This document shows, piece by piece, positions 1 through 12,300 of a stretch of 64,000 nt of DNA. Within the stretch, counting starts at the first letter, position 1, and every line of letters begins with the position of its first letter. Both the position numbers and the translations under genes were made by a program. The notes under the pieces are model-generated. The model was not told where the DNA came from and searched no databases. It saw only the letters and a list, made by a program, of their open reading frames with translations. Source of the stretch: Eledone cirrhosa (Eukaryota); the NCBI GenBank assembly GCA_964016885.1, contig OZ024745.1, forward strand, positions 46,810,001-46,874,000, in the 5' to 3' direction.

Positions 1-970
1 TCAGGTATTGAGACAATTTTTGTTTTCAAAACAATCACTTGCTATAAGCACAAAGTACCAAAGAATATAATACTCAGTAGTTTTTAATATAATTTGATAT
101 ACACTGAGGTAGTGCTGGGGTCAAGATAAAATGTTCCCAGTACATACTGAAGAGTGGTTGACATTAGAAAGTATATGAGCAAGATGAAATCACCTGACCA
201 GTCTTGCCTCAGTATGTGACAGCCTGTCTAATCCATACAAGCATGGAGAATAGATGTTAAATGGGGATGATAGCATTATAGCTTTTTCAGTATTTTTTAG
301 TCAAAATAATGATAAATGTACAAAAGTCACAGGACATTGGTTATGCTATGGCTTAAGGGCCAACTTTAATCAAAATAGCTGTACCAGGCTGCTCAACTTA
401 TTTTAATTGTTTAATCTGGATTGTAGCTTAGATATTCTTCTGTAGCAATTCTGTGTTTAGATAGGTTTACCATCAGTAAATTTAATCTGAGTCAATAATC
501 CACATGCTGTTTAAGGCCTTCTGAGTATTCCCTTAAATTTAATAAATATAGCAATGAAATAATTCACTTATATTGTTGCTGATATCTTTTTACAGTACAG
601 AAAAATACACAGTAATATACTAAGGACATTACATGGTAATGTAGTGGTCAAGCAAAGAACCATATGTGGCAAAATGTTGAGACTAGCACAACCCATGCTC
701 CTGATACCATGACAGATAAGCACTCAGCCCACTATGCAAGGTGGTTGGCATTAGGAAGGGCATAGAAAACTAAATCAAAATGGATTGTATAAGCAAGACA
801 TGGTCACCTGACTTGTCTAGCCTATAATGTGACATTGTTTAATCCATGGAAAGTGGGTATTAAATAGTGATGATGCTGATGTGATCTCTACAAGCTACAT
901 CAGATGCTACTCATCTAGGAGGGCAATATCTCTAAATTCCTGATCCAGTGTAGAGGGGACTCGACTTCCC

Positions 971-3900
971 AGTGGCAGGGTAAAATGTGCCCAGTCCACT
1001 CTAGTGATGTTCTCACAGTGGCAGGGTAAAATGTGCCCAGTCTACTCTAGTGATGTTCTCACAGTGGCAGGGTAAAATGTGCCCAGTCCACTCTAGTGAT
1101 GTTCTCACAGTGGCAGGGTAAAATGTGCCCAGTCTACTCTAGTGATGTTCTCACAGTGGCAGGGTAAAATGTGCCCAGTCTACTCTAGTGATGTTCTCAC
1201 AGTGGCAGGGTAAAATGTGCCCAGTCCACTCTAGTGATGTTCTCACAGTGGCAAAGTAAAATGTGCCCAGTCCACTCTAGTGATGTTCTCACAGTGGCAG
1301 GGTAAAATGCACCCAGTCTACTCTAGTGATGTTCTCACAGTGGCAGGGTAAAATGTGCCCAGTCCACTCTAGTGATGTTCTCACAGTGGCAGGGTAAAAT
1401 GCACCCAGTCTACTCTAGTGATGTTCTCACAGTGGCAAAGTAAAATGCACCCAGTCCACTCTAGTGATGTTCTCACAGTGGCAAAGTAAAATGCACCCAG
1501 TCCACTCTAGTGATGTTCTCACAATGGCAAAGTAAAATGTGCCCAGTCCACTCTAGTGATGTTCTCACAGTGGCAAAGTAAAATGCACCCAGTCCACTCT
1601 AGTGATGTTCTCACAGTGGCAAAGTAAAATGTGCCCAGTCCACTCTAGTGATGTTCTCACAGTGGCAAAGTAAAATGCACCCAGTCCACTCTAGTGATGT
1701 TCTCACAATGGCAAAGTAAAATGCACCCAGTCCACTCTAGTGATGTTCTCACAATGGCAAAGTAAAATGTGCCCAGTCCACTCTAGTGATGTTCTCACAG
1801 TGGCAAAGTAAAATGCACCCAGTCCACTCTAGTGATGTTCTCACAATGGCAAAGTAAAATGTGCCCAGTCCACTCTAGTGATGTTCTCACAATGGCAAAG
1901 TAAAATGCACCCAGTCCACTCTAGTGATGTTCTCACAATGGCAAAGTAAAATGCACCCAGTCCACTCTAGTGATGTTCTCACAATGGCAAAGTAAAATGC
2001 ACCCAGTCCACTCTAGTGATGTTCTCACAATGGCAAAGTAAAATGTGCCCAGTCCACTCTAGTGATGTTCTCACAATGGCAAAGTAAAATGTGCCCAGTC
2101 CACTCTAGTGATGTTCTCACAGTGGCAAAGTAAAATGCACCCAGTCCACTCTAGTGATGTTCTCACAATGGCAAAGTAAAATGTGCCCAGTCCACTCTAG
2201 TGATGTTCTCACAATGGCAAAGTAAAATGCACCCAGTCCACTCTAGTGATGTTCTCACAATGGCAAAGTAAAATGCACCCAGTCCACTCTAGTGATGTTC
2301 TCACAATGGCAAAGTAAAATGCACCCAGTCCACTCTAGTGATGTTCTCACAATGGCAAAGTAAAATGTGCCCAGTCCACTCTAGTGATGTTCTCACAATG
2401 GCAAAGTAAAATGCACCCAGTCCACTCTAGTGATGTTCTCACAATGGCAAAGTAAAATGCACCCAGTCCACTCTAGTGATGTTCTCACAGTGGCAAAGTA
2501 AAATGCACCCAGTCCACTCTAGTGATGTTCTCACAGTGGCAAAGTAAAATGTGCCCAGTCCACTCTAGTGATGTTCTCACAGTGGCAAAGTAAAATGCAC
2601 CCAGTCCACTCTAGTGATGTTCTCACAATGGCAAAGTAAAATGTGCCCAGTCCACTCTAGTGATGTTCTCACAGTGGCAAAGTAAAATGCACCCAGTCCA
2701 CTCTAGTGATGTTCTCACAGTGGCAAAGTAAAATGCACCCAGTCCACTCTAGTGATGTTCTCACAATGGCAAAGTAAAATGTGCCCAGTCCACTCTAGTG
2801 ATGTTCTCACAGTGGCAAAGTAAAATGCACCCAGTCCACTCTAGTGATGTTCTCACAGTGGCAAAGTAAAATGCACCCAGTCCACTCTAGTGATGTTCTC
2901 ACAATGGCAAAGTAAAATGTGCCCAGTCCACTCTAGTGATGTTCTCACAGTGGCAAAGTAAAATGCACCCAGTCCACTCTAGTGATGTTCTCACAGTGGC
3001 AAAGTAAAATGTGCCCAGTCCACTCTAGTGATGTTCTCACAGTGGCAAAGTAAAATGCACCCAGTCCACTCTAGTGATGTTCTCACAATGGCAAAGTAAA
3101 ATGTGCCCAGTCCACTCTAGTGATGTTCTCACAGTGGCAAAGTAAAATGCACCCAGTCTACTCTAGTGATGTTCTCACAGTGGCAGGGTAAAATGCACCC
3201 AGTCTACTCTAGTGATGTTCTCACAGTGGCAGGGTAAAATGCACCCAGTCCACTCTAGTGATGTTCTCACAGTGGCAGGGTAAAATGCACCCAGTCTACT
3301 CTAGTGATGTTCTCACAGTGGCAAAGTAAAATGCACCCAGTCCACTCTAGTGATGTTCTCACAGTGGCAGGGTAAAATGCACCCAGTCTACTCTAGTGAT
3401 GTTCTCACAGTGGCAAAGTAAAATGCACCCAGTCCACTCTAGTGATGTTCTCACAGTGGCAGGGTAAAATGCACCCAGTCTACTCTAGTGATGTTCTCAC
3501 AGTGGCAAAGTAAAATGCACCCAGTCCACTCTAGTGATGTTCTCACAGTGGCAAAGTAAAATGCACCCAGTCCACTCTAGTGATGTTCTCACAGTGGCAA
3601 AGTAAAATGCACCCAGTCCACTCTAGTGATGTTCTCACAGTGGCAAAGTAAAATGCACCCAGTCCACTCTAGTGATGTTCTCACAGTGGCAAAGTAAAAT
3701 GCACCCAGTCCACTCTAGTGATGTTCTCACAGTGGCAAAGTAAAATGCACCCAGTCTACTCTAGTGATGTTCTCACAGTGGCAGGGTAAAATGCACCCAG
3801 TCTACTCGAGTGATGTTCTCACAGTGGCAGGGTAAAATGCACCCAGTCTACTCTAGTGATGTTCTCACAGTGGCAGGGTAAAATGCACCCAGTCTACTCT

Positions 3901-4826
3901 AGTGATGTTCTCACAGTGGCAGGGTAAAATGCACCCTGTCCACTCTAGTGATGTTCTCACAGTGGCAAAGTAAAATGCACCCAGTCCACTCTAGTGATGT
4001 TCTCACAGTGGCAAAGTAAAATGCACCCAGTCCACTCTAGTGATGTTCTCACAGTGGCAAAGTAAAATGCACCCAGTCCACTCTAGTGATGTTCTCACAG
4101 TGGCAAAGTAAAATGCACCCAGTCCACTCTAGTGATGTTCTCACAGTGGCAAAGTAAAATGCACCCAGTCCACTCTAGTGATGTTCTCACAGTGGCAAAG
4201 TAAAATGCACCCAGTCTACTCTAGTGATGTTCTCACAGTGGCAAAGTAAAATGCACCCAGTCCACTCTAGTGATGTTCTCACAGTGGCAAAGTAAAATGC
4301 ACCCAGTCCACTCTAGTGATGTTCTCACAGTGGCAAAGTAAAATGCACCCAGTCTACTCTAGTGATGTTCTCACAATGGCAAAGTAAAATGTGCCCAGTC
4401 TACTCTAGTGATGTTCTCACAGTGGCAGGGTAAAATGTGCCCAGTCTACTCTAGTGATGTTCTCACAGTGGCAAAGTAAAATGCACCCAGTCTACTCTAG
4501 TGATGTTCTCACAGTGGCAAAGTAAAATGCACCCAGTCTACTCTAGTGATGTTCTCACAGTGGCAAAGTAAAATGCACCCAGTCCACTCTAGTGATGTTC
4601 TCACAGTGGCAAAGTAAAATGTGCCCAGTCTACTCTAGTGATGTTCTCACAATGGCAAAGTAAAATGTGCCCAGTCCACTCTAGTGATGTTCTCACAGTG
4701 GCAAAGTAAAATGCACCCAGTCTACTCTAGTGATGTTCTCACAGTGGCAAAGTAAAATGCACCCAGTCTACTCTAGTGATGTTCTCACAGTGGCAGGGTA
4801 AAATGTGCCCAGTCTACTCTAGTGAT
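971..4826. repeat. 46-bp minisatellite, ~84 copies, intronic in IQGAP
   Basis: Unit agtggca(gg/aa)gtaaaatg(tg/ca)cccagtc(c/t)actctagtgatgttctcac repeated head-to-tail with no spacers; 3856 bp / 46 = ~84; four recurrent two-state variant sites. Confidence 0.98.
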
Positions 4827-5005
4827 CTCACAAAATAGTTAAAAATGAAAGAAAATTTATAAGACTTGTTCATCTCAAGTAAATGTCACTATCTAAAATG
4901 CACCATTGAAATCATAAGGCATTGTTGTTATAAATCAAATTCTTTAGACATTCTCATTTCTCAAAGACCTTTGTTATGTTTTCTTAAATACTTATGTGCT
5001 TAGCT

Positions 5006-5010
<5 letters not shown>

Positions 5011-5064
<54 letters not shown>

Positions 5065-5457
5065 TAACAGATTAAAGTTTAAGCAAAGAATATTAGTCTA
5101 CGACTTCATTTATACCATAAACGTGGTTTTGTCTTGGCGTGTAATTTTTTTCACCATTCCAAATTATGACGTATTATCTTTGTCTTTATCCGTTCTTTGT
5201 CAGGGAACGTTTCCACGAACCTAAGTATCGTCTTCCTGTCTTTGCAACGTTTTTTGAAATATTTACTTCTGCGTTCACAGATTGATTTTTTTTAGTTTCA
5301 GAAGATCCCGTTAAGGGTGAAAGCAGCGATTCTTTGCTTAAACTTTAATCTGTTATTTTAATAAATATTTGCTCTACGGTTCTTATATATTTGATATATA
5401 TTTGTCCTTATCGAGCCCTCTTTGGATTTTAGTCTTCAAATTTATTATTATTACTAT

Positions 5458-5506
<49 letters not shown>
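5011..5506. mobile_element. Foldback repeat remnant (possibly Penelope-like) between two (TA)n tracts
   Basis: Perfect 33-bp inverted repeat 5059-5091 / 5329-5361 (ttaaaataacagattaaagtttaagcaaagaat); (TA)n at 5011-5059 and 5461-5506; degenerate cagaaga-ccc..ggg-gaaa motif near 5299-5323. Family is inference. Confidence 0.45.
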
Positions 5507-5508
<2 letters not shown>

Positions 5509-5548
5509 AACAAGTAAGACCCCGACGGCTGAGCTCAAGCCGTTTCGA

Positions 5549-6433
5549 CGAGGTGTGTCAGAAAAGTTCCAGGACTGATGTCACAAAAGATTAATTTCAA
5601 ACCCAAACTTCACACGAAGAGTTTTCTCCTTCAAAGTAATCCCCCTGGAGTATGTAACTGTAATCTTAGCTCTCTGCAGCGATCAAACTTTTTTCTTCAT
5701 AATTTTATATGTGCTCTGTTTCAGGTCGTCAAGCAATGAGCACAGAGCAACGAACAAACTTGAAAACTCCGTCAAAAGCACTGGGATTGCTGCAGCAAGT
5801 GTATGGAGATGAGACGATGTCACGCTCACGTGTTTTTGAGTGGTGCAAGAGGTATAAAGAAGGGGACGTGGAAGATGACCCCAAGAGCGGAAGGCCCTCA
5901 ACAACCAGGACTGAGGTCAATGTTGAGCGCATCAGGCAGATGGTGCGTAGCGATCGTCGGCTGACTGTTCGACTGATAGCAAATGAGCTGAGCATGAATC
6001 GGGACAGCGTCTGGAAGATTCTCACTGAAGATTTGGACATCCGGAAAGTCTGCGCGAAGATGGTGCCAAAACTGCTGAACGATGACCAGAAGGGTCGACG
6101 CATGCAAATGTGCCAGGACATCCTTGAGCGTCTTGAAACTGAACCAGACTTGCTAGGGACAGTCATCACCGGTGATGAGTCATGGATCTTCGAGTACGAC
6201 CCAGAGGGGACCCATTTTGAAAACGAGGACGACGTCAAAAAGGCCGTGACGACGGAACTGCGGAGGATCCCGGAATAATCCTTCCAGGAGTGCATGCAAG
6301 CGTGGCAGAAAAGGATGAAAAAGTGCATTAGACTCCAGAGGATTACTTTGAAGGAGAAAACTCTTAGTGTGAAGTTTGGGTTTGAAATAAATTTTTTGTG
6401 ACATCAGTCCTGGAACTTTTCTGACCCACCTCG
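5549..6433 (+). mobile_element. Tc1/mariner (mariner-like) element, internally deleted, non-autonomous
   Basis: ~103-bp inverted termini (5549-5651 / 6332-6433) starting cgagg, TA on the right flank. ORF 5709-6278 has HTH motifs (VYGDETMSRSRVFEW, SGRPST), the MVPKLL linker and ITGDESW (first catalytic Asp), then jumps directly to the C-terminal GTHFENEDDVKK. Confidence 0.93.
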
Positions 6434-6580
6434 TATATAATTTTTTTTTTTTTTTGACAGCCAGCACTTGTAGTTTCTTTTTTGTTTTGTTTCTTGTTTT
6501 TTTTAAAAAAAACTTGTTAAAGATATTTAAGTACATTTGTCTGGATATATTTTAATAAGTTTTCTTGATTGTTTATTCAG

Positions 6581-6721
6581 TGGATTGGCTTATCACGTGA
6601 CTTCTGAACAAGCTATGAAACATTCAGAAGTGAAAAGTCTTATTCAAGAATCAATAGTCAAGTTACAAAAAGCCACAGATAAATTCTTGGTCACAATTAC
6701 CCAGTCTTTGGATAAAATTCC
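6581..6721 (+). CDS. IQGAP: IQGAP exon (GLAYHVTSEQ...SLDKIP)
   Basis: ttcag acceptor, gtaag donor, 141 nt. Confidence 0.93.
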
Positions 6722-9319
6722 GTAAGTTTTTGGTTTTCTTGAATATAATACATTAACTCTTGTCACATGAAACCACATTAGCAAGCCATCCTTGAAAAGT
6801 ATGAAATAGCACTGACTACATTACATTATAAATTAGTCTTTTAATACTGCAAATTTTCACATGATCTCTCCACTACTAAAAATGCTATAAACACTTAAAT
6901 TAACGATTTTTAGATATTTTCTGCTAAGTCATTATGGCTTGTAAGAGTTTAAAGATAAAGAAAGGGGAAATACATTTTTAGCAGTGTTTACCATTTTAAA
7001 AAATGATTCTGTTTGTTTTAACATGGCATGCATGCACACACATATAAATAAATAAACTTCTATTGACTTAAATTAAAAGCATTGGGGAAGTTTGAAATTT
7101 GTAATGTAGTTATCTCAATGCAGAAATGACCATAATAATAGTTGAAACAATCTACTAAAATACCACTGGAGATGGAAGATTGTAGACAGTACCCTGCAAG
7201 GAATCAAACCCTGCATATCTCAAATGCAAGATGAGTGAGTTAACTACTATGCTAAGGAGCTACTGGTCACTAATTCCACTATTTTAGAACATTTTAAGCC
7301 TATAGCTAGAATTATAAACAACTGTTTACTTAATAAACATTGGGAAAGCTTGAAATTTGAAATGTAGTCATCCCAGTGCAGACATTTCAAATTTCTCCAA
7401 TGCTTCCTATGTTAATGGTTGTTTACAATTCTAACTACAGGCTTAACATCTCAAAAAACAGGACAATTTTAAATAACTGAAAGGTTTTATAATTGAATTT
7501 TTTAAAAAAGTACAATTTCATTTCAATATGTTTTGATTTTTCGTTTTGTTATATTTTGTGCAAAATAATTATACTGGATAGTAGAAAACTATAAATGCCT
7601 AACAACTGGAACATTAATTAATATACAAAATATAAAAATGTCATTTTGATAGTCATACTAGTTATTTAACTCTGAATGTCATGTACCACATGTTACCACA
7701 TTAGCAGGTTATTCTTGAAAAGGAAAACAGCGCTATAATTGCATTAAATGAAAAATTAAAGCCTTTACCCTAATACTGCAAATTTTTACAACAATCTGTT
7801 TTTTTTTTTTTAGATATTTTCTGCTAAATTATTACATGATATTAAGAGTTAAACACACACATAGCTAAATCATTTGATGATTTTTCTTATTGCTAGATAT
7901 GGAATGCGTTATATGGCCAAAGTATTGAAAGCTGCTTTATGGAAAAAATTCCCTCTTGCTCCTGAAAAAGATGTCCTCAAAGTATGTATATTCTCAAATT
8001 TAACTTTTCTTCTTTTTTTTGTTTTTAAAGTTAATAGTTGATCTTGCTCTTCAGATATACATTGATTGAATTTATCAGTGTCGAATTGGTATCACCAAAT
8101 TAATGTTGACATTGTTTATTCCAGTGTCAGGAAGTGAACTGTGGTGGTTGGACGTGTAGCAGGTAGTGTTTGTCATTCCTATATGCAAGTGTGTGTCTCG
8201 ATCCTAATAGGATATTGCAAGGGCTTTAACAGAAAATATATAATCCTTTTATTGACTGTTAAAGATTGGGATTGGTTTGGTTTGGTCATTTCAATACATT
8301 ATATATATAGTGCCAAGAGCTTCCGAAAAAAATAGATCAAGGGGGGGAAAAAACGCTCTATGTAATGTACAGAGCCAAAATACATATATAAATAAGATCT
8401 CAACACAAATATATGCTACCTATGTTGAAACTTTGGTTAGCATACATTTGTGTTGAGATCTTATTCATATAATATATTGGATTTTGATTTAGTGATCGTT
8501 CACAGAAGCAGAAATATTTATAATAAAGTAAATATATAAGTTGTTTTTTTTTCTCTGAAGAGACTTAAAAAACACTCATTTTGCTGAAACATCATAGCTA
8601 TGTTGTAAGAAAATGAGTAAATGGACTTATGTATATGATTTAGGATTCTTTACAAAATGAGTTTATTTTAAAAAACATTTAATGTTAATTTTCAAATCAT
8701 GTATCATCTAGTAAGGTAAGAGAATATAAAGTTACGATAGAATGTTCAGTTATATTCACAAATAATTAGGTTTTTGGTAGAAACATGAAATTGAAAGTTT
8801 TAAACACACATTACATTCAAGATTAATATTGGAAATTTTGTGAGGATGACTAAGAAATAATGCTCATTTGATACTTTTATATAGGAATATTATCTTTAAT
8901 TTATTCATTACATTTATACCTGTTTCTCTTACCAAAATATGTGCTAATTTCAAAATTGATCTGGTTTTAGTAATAAAAGGGACAAATGTTTCATATATGC
9001 TGAAAATTAAGTTAAGAAGTTTTCATAAGTTGATTTAGTTTAATTTGAGAAAAATTGTCAACAAGTCAGTATTGCTATTGGCAAGGATTTTTTCTTCTTT
9101 CATTTCCCAGTTGTAAGTATTATTATAAATTGATTACCAGTATCTTTATTTTCCTTTAATGATATAAGTTATTCATTGCAATTATTACACTTGAGTAACA
9201 CTTTTTCTAAGCTTCTAGTAATAATTTAAATTTTATGTATTAGAGATTTAAACTAGGCAAAATAAAGAAAATACTATCTATTTATGAAAAGCTGTTTCTG
9301 GGTTTTTAATTGTAGGTAG

Positions 9320-9366
<47 letters not shown>

Positions 9367-12300
9367 GAAATACTGTTATCAACAACTCAAATAAAATATT
9401 TAGTGCTGGCCTGTTTCTTGATTCAAAATGCATTGCTGTAGTTTGTGCAGTTTGCTGTGGTTTTAATATTGTGCTTCTGTTTATTTTGCTCATCCAGCAT
9501 TCTTTTTATCTCATCTCATCTCCATCACATTTTATGAAATGTTTCTGTTTACTTGGCTTTTGATAGAATGAACAAGGAATAAACCAATACATTACCAGTT
9601 AGTTTGATATTAAGATGTGGGTAAAATCAACTGAGTTAAAGCCTAACAATGCATATCCAACAGACACTTTGACAAGCTAAGAAAATAGTTTGCTTTGTCT
9701 AGGCTTTGGTTTTGTTGATGCATTTTCTCTTAACCTAACTTATATTAATCATTCAAGCCAACAGTCAGACATCTGATATTTTTCTGACATATTCAATTTT
9801 TATCAGGAATTTTATTGTCTCAGACAAAAGACATTAACTTAATGTATTAAAACAGCACAGTTTTGTTAAAGTTTTAAGAACCAAACTTAGTAGTTGCCTT
9901 TCCCCTGCTGTTTGCTATTACTACTCTTTTACTCTTTTACATGTTCCAGCCCACAGGCTGAGGCCATGCTGGAGCGCTGACATTTAGTGACTATCACTCT
10001 TCAATTATCAAATTCTCTCTTTTTCTTGAAGGAAAATAATCTAGGACATTGAAGAAAGGCGTTACTCATCCCAACATTATATAATTTTGTTTTGTGTTTT
10101 ATGCATTTTTGTGTTTCTATTCCTGTTTATATCCAATTAGATATTGATTGATCTTAGTTATTGATTAAAAAAAAAAAGATTCCTTTCCTTTTTGTTTTCT
10201 TGAGTAATAATGAATTCCAAACCTATTGATTTTAGACAGCTACTTATGTTATGCATGTTATTTGGTGATGCTTTCTTATATATATACATTAGAATGTGTT
10301 TTTTATTGTATTTTCAGCTAATTTAAACTTATGCATGTTGAAATGTTTTAAACTAATGTAAATAAAACTTTCAAATCTTATCACTTATATATTTTTAAAA
10401 TCCATATCTATTAAATATAAGTAAGTGTTTAATGTTTTAGTTATCAAGGTTTTAGGCTACATGAATATTTTATACTTCAATCAAGTATCATACCAACATA
10501 ATATTTTTGATTTTGTTGGTCTCTGTTTATATATATCATAGCTTTAATGTTTTTTTTTTTTTTTTTTTTTAAATTTTATATTTCTTATATTCTCTTGTTT
10601 AAAATCCATAACAAAATTAATAGTAAGAAAATAATAGTATTCCTTCCAACCTTTCTTCATCATTGTCATCATTTATCTACTTTCCTGCGCTGCCATGTGT
10701 TGAACAGGTGGTCACAGTTTCAGTCGGTTTTTATTTGGAGTTACTTCTTTCATAGACAAATCAATGATTACATCTCTCATATTTATTAGATTTTTAGAAG
10801 GGTTTCTACTGTTGGATGCACTTATAGCCAAATGCTACAGAGTATACTGTGTGTTATTATGGCAACAGTTTTAGAGAGATTGTCTTGTCTTCAGCAAGAC
10901 CAAAGTGTCCTCCCCACCTACATTGTTTGTTAACTATCACCAGAAAGGTTGTCTTGCCCTCAGCAGAGAGAAGAGCAAGGTGGTGATAGAAGTCAGTAAT
11001 GTAAGATACTGTGAGAGAGAAACAGCTGCATGGTGGTTATTGGTAAGGAGATTAAAGACAACATAACCAAGAGGGTGATGGAAGAGAACCAGAGAAAAGT
11101 AATAGAGAACCTGTGTTTAGTAAGAGTGAGACAGTAATAGACAGCTATATGATGTTTAATATGATTGAATAGAAACAGCAAAATTTTGTAACAAAGAGAG
11201 AGGAAGAGCTATAGATTGTTTGTGGCAAGGCGACTTAATATAAACAGAACAAAGGAAAGAAAAACTCGAATGAAGATATGGTACGTCCTAAACCAACCCT
11301 ATTCACCACCACCACTTAAAAATAAATTCTCTGAATTTCAACTTCTGTTCCATGGATTTCCCAATACACACCCACACACACACCTAATCTTGATTTTTAA
11401 TTTTTACAAGAATATATTTACTATATTTATATATTAAGAAATATTTTAATTTATGTAATTTACTCATTTTCTTTTTGCTTGATAAATTCTATTCAGCTAA
11501 TAAAGAATATGATATTCATATGAGCATTAAGGTATTTAATTTCTTATTAATTTGTTGTACTCTGTTCTCTGTCCCTTCCCTTCTTTTGTTTTGTTTTAAA
11601 GAAATCCTCATTATATTCATACTTAATTGTCATCTTGTTAAAGAACAGCTTTGTTTTCTATTACAGATTGTTGGTAACCTTATCTATTACCGCTACATAA
11701 ACTCTGCCATTGTTGCACCAGATGCATTTGATATCATAGATGTCGGCGCCAACAAAGCTCTTAGTCCTGACCAGCGGAGGAATCTTGGGTCAATTGCTAA
11801 GATTCTTCAATTTGCTGCATCTAACAAGGGGGTAAGATTCTCCTACCTAGTTTTGCATATCCTCAGAATTAAAGATGTATACTTCTTTAATTTATAAATA
11901 ATGAATATTTAATTGCACCAAATCATTGTTTTTGCTGGGTCTTTTTTTTTTTTTACATCTGTTTTATGTCCAGCATGTATTGAACGGGTTGTCACGTTTT
12001 GAGATTGGCTGGGCTGAAGAGCCTCGCATCACACATATGCTCCATTTTGGCATGATTTCTAGAGCTGGGTGTCCTTCTTAATGCCAATCAATTTACAGAC
12101 TACTGAGTACTCTTTATCACAGCAACAGCACTAGAACAGTTGTTTTGGGGGTCCTCTAAATTCTACATAGTCACAGATTAGTTGTTACCACTTTACAGAG
12201 TGCACTCGGTGCATTTTGTTGTGGCACAGCACTAGTGAGTTTTCTTTGGGAGTAAGACCAAAGGGTATTTACTATACTACGTTGTCTCTGATCAATTAAG

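Noticed and set aside
1-970. Upstream IQGAP exon
   Set aside because: No segment with splice sites encoding the expected preceding GRD sequence was found; only repeat remnants are visible.
971-4826. Possible CRISPR array
   Set aside because: Units are contiguous with no unique spacers, there are no cas genes, and the context is a eukaryotic intron.
5295-5330. Second hammerhead candidate (cagaaga-tccc-gttaa-gggt-gaaa)
   Set aside because: Core U4 is missing and there is no convincing stem I or UH site; at most a decayed relic.
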